64,000 nucleotides of DNA from Dicyema japonicum (lineage: Eukaryota; Animalia; Dicyemida). Where the stretch lies: positions 595,232-659,231 of the forward strand of contig RDEW01000006.1 in NCBI GenBank assembly GCA_011109175.1, in the 5' to 3' direction. Within the stretch, counting starts at the first letter, position 1. Every line of letters starts with the position of its first letter. Shown here one piece after another: positions 54,784-64,000 of the stretch. The position numbers and the translations under genes were made by a program. The notes under the pieces are model-generated. The model ran no database searches. It saw only the letters and a list, made by a program, of their open reading frames with translations, and was not told the DNA's origin.

Positions 54784-55721
54784 ATGGATGATATTGAGGG
54801 AGAACTCGCAACCAGGGATTTTATAGTGGCCAACAGATACAGACTAATCAAAAAAATTGGTAGTGGATCCTTCGGAAAGATCTACTCGGCTATTAACGTA
54901 AGCAACGGCGAAGAGGTCGCTGTCAAAATGGAGAATTCCAACAGTCAGCACCCACAACTGGCATTTGAAAGCAAAATATATCGATTCATGCAGGGAGACC
55001 AAGGGATTCCTAGTCTGAAGGGGTATTACGAGCAGAACAGCTACAACATTATGGTGATAGAACTGCTTGGTCCCTCACTTGAGGATCTCTTCAACCTTTG
55101 TAACCGAAGATTTGAACTGAAAACGGTCTTAATGTTGGCAGATCAGATGCTGAACCGACTCCAATACATCCACTCCCGATGTTTCATTCACAGGGACATC
55201 AAACCTGACAACTTCCTGATGGGAGCTGGTCGTTACTCAAGCAAACTATTCATAATCGACTTTGGTTTGGCCAAGAAGTACATGAGTTCCACTACAGGAG
55301 CGCATATTCCGTACAGAGACAACCGCAGTCTTACGGGACGGCGAGATATGCCAGTATAAACGCCCATTTGGGGATTGAGCAGAGCAGAAGGGACGATCTG
55401 GAGTCCCTGGGATACGTCCTGATGTACTTTAACCGAGGAAGTCTTCCGTGGCAGGGACTCAGGGCGGCCAATAGAAGGCAGAAGTACGAGAAGATCTCGG
55501 AAAAGAAGATCTCTACGACAATTGAGCAGCTTTGTCGTGGATTTCCTAACGAATTTGCCATGTATTTGAACTACTGTCGGTCTCTGAGGTTCGATGAGGT
55601 CCCCGACTACTTTTACTTGCGTCAACTATTCCGTATTCTTTACAGGAACATGAACTACCCCAATGACACGCTATTTCAATGGAGTCTGATGCCTAGATCT
55701 ACCCCTGCTAAGGATAAATGA
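54784..55721 (+). CDS. CSNK1A1: casein kinase I alpha-like; no intron seen; one apparent 1-nt deletion near 55336
   Basis: [51 protein letters not shown]; then LTG(T)[27 protein letters not shown] in the shifted frame. Confidence 0.93.
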
Positions 55722-56436
55722 TTTAACATTTTTATTTTAATATTTTTGATTTTAAACAATATTGATTTGTGAATTTATGTCGATAATCATCTTCCTTACA
55801 TTGACTGCTTAAACGTGCACTTTTGTGGTTTGAATAACCACGATTTGTTAAGTATTATACTAAAGTGCATTGATTTATGGTAATTGAACTGGCACGTGGC
55901 TGTGCGCTTTATATACTATGGTTGAGTTCGTCGTTGGATCTTCTAGTGTACGTGGATTAAATAAGATCGGATTTGCGAAGGTACCGGGTAGTGATGTCCG
56001 GCTCAATATAACAGAGATTAGTTGGGGATTTTGACGAGGGTTGTTTGTCTTGAGGCTTATTTTTTCCAACAGATTTTATTAGCTAATCTGCCACGTCATT
56101 ATTAAGCAACTATTTATCTAATATTTCTGAATCTTACATCCCCCATTGTCAGTTTGTTCTCATTCTAATAAACCTGTCTTTAGAGGTGTGTCATTTCAAA
56201 ACCACATGCTTCCTCTACAGGGGACAATTCTATTAATCTCTCTAGCTTTCGTCCTTGATGGGAGAGCTTACGAATCCCCAAGAATAAAAGCTCACATGAG
56301 GAGATATTGCGGACCTTATAGCATGCCAGAGATCTTGTAGTTGACTAAGAATAAGGCTCTCCCTAATAAAGTTACCTTTATGGTAATATGTGTAGCACCA
56401 TGCAGCTGAATAGTTAATTAGGTTGAGGTAAGTTAT

Positions 56437-56660
56437 TAGGGCAACCAGGAAATTGCATTTTTAATAGAAAATTGCAAATACAACTTTTTTTAATTGCACA
56501 AAATTCAATTTTTATTTTCATTATAAAAAAATAAACGAAATTATTTATTGTAATACGAAATTAAATATTCCTGAACATTTTCAGGTTTGAAGTTTCGATC
56601 TTTATTAAGAATTTTCGCTCTTTCAACAGAGGCTGAGCTTCCGCAAAAATTGCAAGTTAA
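56437..56660. mobile_element. hAT-like MITE copy lacking the two insertions present in the 34790-37169 copy
   Basis: tagggcaaccaggaaattg start; interior colinear with 36470-36589 joined to 37058-37145. Confidence 0.7.
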
Positions 56661-56749
56661 AATTGAAAAAATATAACTAAAATTAATTATTATGTATAGC
56701 TTTATTTTTTTTGAACCACACGAGAATTTATTTTTTAAAATTATAAAAA

Positions 56750-57375
56750 ACTAGGACGACAGAATGACGATGGCGTTACCTCTGATAATCGCCATTTCGA
56801 ACCTCTGCTTCAACCAGAGCCTATCCTTTGACTCACACCTTTTTGAGGCTAGTTTGCTTCCAATGCTGGAGAGAAAGGCGTCCGTCTTCGCTCCTACGGT
56901 TCAGTTGTCTTCACAGCAATGGAGGTGAAATGGTATTGGTCTCCGAGGGATTCGTATTTACGGATCTTCTTGGCCTCCGCCTGGTCGGCTGCGTCTCCAG
57001 GAGAGTGCGTCGCCGTCAGCGATCTGGCCCCTGAGAAGGTTTCTACACATGTTGCGTCCCAAACGAGTGATTTTCCGTGGGAGTGTGGGAATAACGTCAT
57101 GGCATCCGGCATCTTCCCGTCGCCTCTGTCTAATCCCAATGTTCCAATTGGGCCGGAAATCCCGCTGCCTTGAGGGCTCAAAAAATGATGTCATTGAGGG
57201 CTGCGTGACGCGGGGTTCGACCAGCGATTGTCGGCAAGAGAGTGGATGTAAGCCTTTCGTATCAACGTCCCCGCCGCAACGGCATTTGTGTCTCTGGAAT
57301 ATGTCCACTCCTAGGCGCAGTGCTACCCCGATCCTCAGGCTGTTTTCGTCAAGGAGGGTCCCCAGATGTGGGTCA
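56750..57375 (-). mobile_element. decayed 3' part of a CRE-like retrotransposon
   Basis: HKCRCG..GLHPLSC, PDAMTLFPHSHGKSLVWDATCVETF, AEAKKIRKY, WLKQRFEMAIIRGN. Confidence 0.8.
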
Positions 57376-57652
57376 CTGCTTTATTATTTATCGAACTTTT
57401 ATTAAATTATAATTAATTGCAATTTCCCTAATAATAAATCAAAATAATATTTTGCAAGGAAATACGCAATTAATTAGTCAGCATAGAAATGCTATGTTTT
57501 TTGTTGAATAATAAATTTTAACATATTCACGCTGTAGAATTCATTAGGGCAAATCGTGGTATCTGCTAATCACGAACATTATGCGATATCGTACGACTCA
57601 CACAAAGTTATTATGTGGACCTGGAACGTCCGTCAATGGTAGTTATGTTCTT

Positions 57653-57695
57653 GTTAGCCGCCGGTTTCCCTCACTTGTAGGGACCGAGGGTAAAT
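57653..57695 (-). repeat. Family B repeat head
   Basis: Reverse strand atttaccctcggtccctacaagtgagggaaaccggcggctaac. Confidence 0.75.
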
Positions 57696-58129
57696 AAATA
57701 AAATACGACGCACGCAGTCAGTAAAAAAACTTATATTTCATTTAACAAAATAAACATAGGGTCTACACAAATTCCCGCTTTTATTAAATTTAATGAGTAA
57801 ATTGCCTTCCACAAAAAACCCACGTACAGATATATTGATATATACTAATGACGTCATAGTTTATGGCTTCTCCAGTGATCTCTGTTGCAATCGTGAGAGG
57901 CAACGCAACGTCGGTAATATCGCGGGGACCACTTAGATGGATTGCTGTGCTAATTAATTGTTACTTTTAAAATGTGTTATTAGTTTATGAAGATTTTATT
58001 GCTAAATTATGAAGATCTGATTAATTAAGAGAAAAACAGCAACAGGGCTACTTGAAAGGCCTAAGGAACTCGTTACAGAAGATACCCTGGAAGAAGACTA
58101 TGAGATACTTTGGCTCCTTACTGACGAAA

Positions 58130-60893
58130 AAAAGTGTGGAGCATGCGAAAACCCACAAGAAAAAGTCACGAACGCTCTGTACTGCCCAAAAAAATTAAAA
58201 CTCGAGGCGGAGATGTTTTCAACTCAGTAATTTCTCCAAGAATATTATACGGTTTGAGGGAAGGTAAGGTTCACAAGAGATTCGATAACAAATCGTCTTC
58301 CTTTCTACATGCAATCGGATCGTCGATATAAAAGGAAGGACAAAAGAGGAATGGTCAATTCAGAACATTTTCATACAAATCATAAAAGGAATGCCTCTCA
58401 ATCACGAGAATTGCTTACTAGTCAATAATACTTTATTCGTTGGCATAAAAGTACTTCCCTATCTATGAAGGAGGATGGTTTTCCAGGTACGCTCTAATTT
58501 TGTGCGGTGACGTCGAATCCAACCCAGGCCCTGAAACCAACCTGGTCCAGATCAATATAAACGGAATACGAAGTCCGCCACTTACTCAATAGTAATGAAG
58601 TTGACATTGCTCTAGTCCAAGAGACAAAACTACAACCAAACATACGAACCCCAACCTTTCCCGGATACTCCATTATCCGTAAAACAGAAGGATTAAGCTT
58701 AATGGAGAACTAATGACACTAATAAGAAATGGAATTCAATATGAAGATGTTTCAAACAAAATCTCTCTATCCAGAAGATGACCCTTTGGGACTAATTGGC
58801 ATAAATGTTAGAATTCCTAGGAAAACTATATTGTCAATGTATATATTCCCCTACTACATCCCGTCCAAGTGGGTACTACCCTACAGATTTTCTCAAACGT
58901 AATACTGTGACATCAATGCCAAACATCAATTATGGTATGAAGGCCAGAAACCAGACAGTAGAGGAAACCTACTGGCCAGAAACTTGGGACAATTTTGTAT
59001 ACTGAATAACACCATAACAATACGAGAACACCTACTCGAAAAGGAGACAACCTACATCCCCTGACCTCTCCTTATGTTCCCATCAATGTTTCCCTTCATC
59101 AACTAGACTGTAAAATATGAACTAAGAAGTGATCACAACCCTATTATGATGAAAATCAACACTGCAAATAAATTTATCAGACAGAATTCCACTTTTTAAA
59201 TTTTGAAAGCGCAGATTGGTCCAACTTCTCTAATTACATGGACACCAATGTGGAAGTATTCTACGCATTGGTATTCTCATCAATTGACCACATGATCAAA
59301 ACTTTCACGGACATTATACTCAAAGCAAGAAAACTATTCCAATGCCATCAAACAAGGAATACCTATTATAATACAAAAACACTATCAGAGAAAGAAATAA
59401 ATTAAAGAAGCAAAAGGAATTATCAAATGACGATTTCCAAAAAATGAAATCCTTGAATATACAAATTAAACAAGTTACCCAGTCTAGAATTAAGAAGCGA
59501 TGGACATCACTTATTGATTCTCTATCGCCAAATACATCCGAGACGCTGATATGGAGGAAAATCAAATATTTGAGAAGTTGCAATGAAGGCTCTGAGAAAG
59601 TCCTCCACGGACAGGGATGTAGCAACATCGACCCAAATATTTTAATGAAGCACTATGTCGCGATCAGCCATAAAAATTTCTCGAGGGAACACATAGTCTA
59701 CAAGAAGTTGTATCCATCATATGATTTGATTGTCTTTACTCCACGAGAAGTTCGAAACGCAATCATGGATGCCAAAAACTCCCGTTCCCGAGGTGCTGAC
59801 AATGTCTCGATGATGGAACTGAAACACCTTGGTGAAAAAGCGACCAAATTCCTATCATACGTTTATACTCTATCTGTGAACAATAATATGATACCTTCTA
59901 TATGGAAGAAATCCATAATTCTGCCAATTCGGAAGCCAAACAAACCTGCAAACGATCCCTCTTCTTATCGTCCAATTGCAATACTATGTGCAATGTCCAG
60001 CATTTTTTCAATGCTAGAGGCTTATCTACGGCATGGTCGAGGAATGGCTTCAATAGACTTGAAGAAAGCATTCGACTCCGTTTCCCGGACGCTGCTTATA
60101 GAGAAAATTTCTAACACTCTTATAAATCCAAACATTAAAAGATGGCTGTCGAACTTTTTAAGTGGAAGAAGAGGCAAGTGATGTCAGACAACAGAAAATC
60201 TAAATCCCGTTTTTGCCGAATGGTGTCCCTCAAGGTTCACCTCTCTTTCCCTGCTCTTCACTGTAAACCTGACTCCCACCAACGACGATCCCGATACATT
60301 AATACTCTCATACGCAGATGACATTGTTCTTTCAACGAGAGACTCTAACTATGAGAAGGCAGGGATAAAACTTCAAAGTTATATTAGTATGCTGGAACAT
60401 TGGCTCACATCAAATCGACTGGACGTTTATAACAATTTACATATAGAAGATCATCATACTCTCCCAAAATCAAATTGTTTGGATATGAAATTCCTATGAA
60501 TAGGTCTCCAACAATACTAGGATTAAAGTTAGATCCTCTCCTGACATTCGACGAACACGTCAATGACGTTATTACCAAAATCAGGAGGAGGACCAACATA
60601 TTAAAAATTTTGTCCCGATCACAATCGGGCACAACACCTTCTTACTACAGAACATTTACAGACAATACATACTGCCAGTAATCAAATACACATGTCCTTC
60701 CTGGAGCTCGATGATTTCTGAATCGTCGTCTCAAAAATTAGAAACCGCACAACTTGCTGCCTTGAAAATAATAAATAAGAAAACTGCGGATAACGTATTG
60801 AATGTTAAAGAACACCTAAGGTGGAGAGTGAAGTCATTTCTACAGTGGGCAATAAAAACCGGCTGTCCGCTTTCACTCTCTATATCTGACTAG
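58130..60893 (+). mobile_element. degenerate near-full-length APE-RT LINE (Jockey/I-like) with an N-terminal 2A-like motif
   Basis: VQINING, LVQETK, SDHNPI (APE); SYRPIAIL, IDLKKAFD, GVPQG, YADD, ILGLKLD (RT); many frameshifts; possible PHD-like CGAC..YCP at about 58135-58190. Confidence 0.85.
58491..58532 (+). other. 2A-like (StopGo) ribosomal skipping motif ALILCGDVESNPGP
   Basis: gac gtc gaa tcc aac cca ggc cct = DVESNPGP, in frame with and immediately before the APE domain. Confidence 0.85.
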
Positions 60894-61517
60894 ACGGTGT
60901 TTCTTTGGCTTAAATAATAATAAAAAAATCTAGAAAATGCGGGAAATCTATGGAGAATGAGACCGTCCCCGTTTCTACCAATTCTGTTGGATCTTCGAGG
61001 ACCCCGAACGAGAGCCAGAACCCGGAAAACCGGGATCACTTAGTTAGTAATTAACTTTTTCTAATCCGATGATCTTGGGGTAAAAAAAAGAAAAAAGACT
61101 CCCACTTCACTTATTGGAAGCAAGATCAGTTGCCTATTAATTAATTTGTCTGACTTGCTGGCTTACCTCTTCTGCATGAAATATCTACATTGCTTCATAA
61201 CATATGAAAACCCTTGTCTTCTTTTAGTGTTTTGCAGAATGACCTACTCAAGAGAAACAAACAGCTCCTAACAGATAATCCTCCAAGTTTTTTAATTTGG
61301 GTCGGACTGGATTTTAACCTGGTTTCTTAATGACCCACATGACCTTTGTTCAAAAGTTCGGATTTCTGAAATCTCCCATGTCGGTCTCGTTGTCCATTCC
61401 CAGGAGGAAAAGGACAAGAATTTTCATTCATCATGAAATAAGTAAAAACTTAAAAATCAAAACTAACAAAAAATAAGACAAAACTTAAATTCAAAGGAAA
61501 GACTGTAAACTAAATGA

Positions 61518-64000
61518 TTACCGTTTAATCAAAGGATCAGTCTGTGTAGGAGGTGGAGGGGCACCGCGTCTGTCGAGAACATCAATGTAGTCATCTACAA
61601 TCTTCCTCTGTTCATCAGGAAAACAATCCAAGTACAAATAACGACTATCGTTCTACAAATTACTTCCAAACAATACCCTGAGGACAGCATCGACATCATC
61701 CCATTGAATTTCCCTATTCTTCAGCATCTCCTTAGTCCTAAAAATAACACCAAAAATACTTGTAGGTTATGAATTTAGTCTCATTCAAAAGTTCACGCAA
61801 ATCTGACTTGGCTTTAGCAGTCTTCTCCTTCATGAAGGTGTCGAAGGCTTTCTCCCGTTTCTACCAAATAAAAAACCAAGGAAATAATAAAAAACGAAAA
61901 ACCCACCCGATCACTAGATGAAAATTTAAGATAACGATGGTCGTCCCTCACAAACTTCTTGACATCCTTCCAGGAGGAGTCCAACTTAATCTACCAATAA
62001 GACCATCCAAACCTCAGCAGTCTCAGCAAGTAACGTGTAAAACACAGCTTTATTCTTCTTAGAAAGCATCTTTTGATGTTCGCTACACATATTCTTAATA
62101 TCTTCCCTATCAAGATCAGCCACAGAACACCATCGAGAGTCATCCTTTAACAGAGAGACCACATCCTCAAAATCCATTTTATGACTCTTAACCTAACAAT
62201 CACACGTGACCATACCAATTCTGACAACATACACGTTAACTTTTCCTTAGCTTCTGCCAACTGATGCAATCTACGTTCCTTATCAATCTCACGCATAGAA
62301 GTGCTCAGAGACTCCTGTACTTCCATTTGACGTTCCCGAAGACTTTTAGCCTCTCTTTCCTCTTTACTATTAATCACCTCAACATCCATCACATCAGGTG
62401 GGTTCTCCTATCATAATCACGTGCACCCATACCGATTGCTTAGAACTCGTCTCCAGTGAGTGAATATAATCCTCAAACAAATCTGCTCGTCGATCACTGC
62501 TACTGATTGCCTTATATCGGGGATCAGAGTCAATTCTACGTTTGACATCTCTCCATCGATCACCAACTGATATGTTCGTCTCCTTCAGTAGCTCGACAAA
62601 CTCTTTCGATCGAGAAACCTACTATAACAAAATCATCAACCTTCACTCCTTCAGACTTCTCCCGTCTGTGCTTAAGTTCACTTACAAAATCGTAAAACAA
62701 TGACTCTCGGTCACGTGTCCTATCAACCCCTGAAATCTGCTGTCTTTGGAAGAACGTGCAGCAAATTCTGAGTAAGTTGATCTAAACATAAATCAAAAGT
62801 TAACCGATGAGTAAGATTAGCCTCCCCTAATAGTTCCCTGAAGTCTTCCTTACGTTTTTTATGCTGTTTATTCCGTTCTGATCTCTCCGCCTCAACCTTA
62901 TCCTTCACATACTGTTCAAACACGTGTTGTCGTTCCTTGCTTAGCAATAATGTATAACGTTTATCAAAAACTATTTTCTGTAATTCTTTCTCAAACGTAG
63001 AATTCGTTGAAACCTAGAGTAAACAAAAATGAGCCAACGTTCTTTTCCGCTAACAACTCCTTGAACTGCTCTACTCGTTCTGCGTACGGTAGTGTCGACC
63101 TGAGATTGCTCACCTTCTTTTCCTCTTCCACATTCGTTTCAGCCTTATTGGAGTCAACATCAGTCCGTTTACTGCTACTGGTCTCCACCAGTTCCTCTCC
63201 AGCACGTTTGACCGCTAAATCTGAGTTTATCATGCTACCGGTGTCGTCGTGAACTAAAATAAATCAAATACATACGTTCGATTGGTCGTTCCACTCCTCC
63301 TCCAATTTTGGTTTGTGTTTGATCAACTGGGACACGTCCTTTCTACCCCTTAGTTCGTCAGGACAGTGCCACACCGATCGCTTCTCTACCACGTCAAAGA
63401 AAAACACTCGGTCATCCCCCGTCCACACGACCGACCTTAGGCTTAAACAGAGTCTCTACCAGTTAGTCCCAGACACCAATGTCTTACTGACTGGCTTCGT
63501 CTTATCCAACACTTGCCTAATGGCTGCTTGCTAGAGGATTAGACAGAACACATATACCCTTGACTCATCATCCCTGGAAGAATCTACACGTGACACCACA
63601 AAGTACCATATTTCTGAGCAGCAGGTTTCTCCCACACAGTGTCCCCGATATTTTGTTATAGTAGTACGGGGTACCGTCAGAAACATAGTAAACCAACCAG
63701 GTTGGGTTCTCGGGTAGAGGCTTAAATGTTTAAGAACAATACCATTCCCGGGTTCATGGTGGTTGTTGATGGTACATACTGTTGTTGCATGGCCATGTAC
63801 TGTTGGGAAAGGACTTGGGACTGCTGATAGGCCATAAAGGACTGGTTGGCCATGTCGTTTTGGTAAACGGTCATCCCTTACTTATTTATCAGCAAAAACC
63901 TTGGTAGGGATTCATCACGGTCGTTTGATATGGATTGGTAGCAGCATTCTAAAAATAAGTTCAGTCATTACCGTGTTGGAGATCGATGAATGAGTAGCTG
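61518..64000 (-). CDS. TCERG1: transcription elongation regulator 1 (CA150; WW and FF domains), 5' part beyond the window
   Basis: WW segment VVWTGDDRVFFFD...WHCPDEL; FF repeats (FKELLAEKNV, LLSKERQHVFEQYVK, DSRFQGVD..DRESLFYDFV); C-terminus RRGAPPPP; introns 62193-62215, 62408-62432, 63584-63606. Confidence 0.92.

Noticed and set aside
56085-56125. aaatagttgcttaa (minus strand) matching part of a pistol ribozyme sequence; similar text at about 45665 and 49600
   Set aside because: The P1/pseudoknot elements are missing, and the match is a short AT-rich piece of a dispersed repeat

Overview
Eukaryotic nuclear DNA, most likely from a genome-reduced animal; an MTA-family gene and a BTB-zinc-finger gene point to Metazoa, and the species cannot be fixed from sequence. 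Compact host genes carry miniature spliceosomal introns of 22-26 nt and use the standard genetic code: ArfGAP2/3, PRA1, CYFIP, RMND5, BTB-ZF, MTA, INTS11, a calmodulin-like EF-hand gene, EDEM3, PP5, CK1-alpha, TCERG1 and several orphans. Because of these introns most ORF-track entries are out-of-frame pieces. Between the genes lie many non-LTR retrotransposons (RTE, Jockey/I-like APE-RT, CRE-like and R4/NeSL-like RLE types), MITEs and two short dispersed repeat families. Main signals: (1) the palindrome CACGTG occurs about 54 times by eye against about 8 expected, in exons, tiny introns and old repeats, but not in young retroelements; (2) a 12-copy repeat whose core folds with HDV-ribozyme-like topology and shows compensatory base changes; (3) a viral-type 2A (StopGo) motif before a LINE endonuclease; (4) a 34-bp perfect target-site duplication and a three-tier nested insertion whose empty site is also in the window. 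All calls are by eye, and many coordinates, especially for decayed elements, are approximate.
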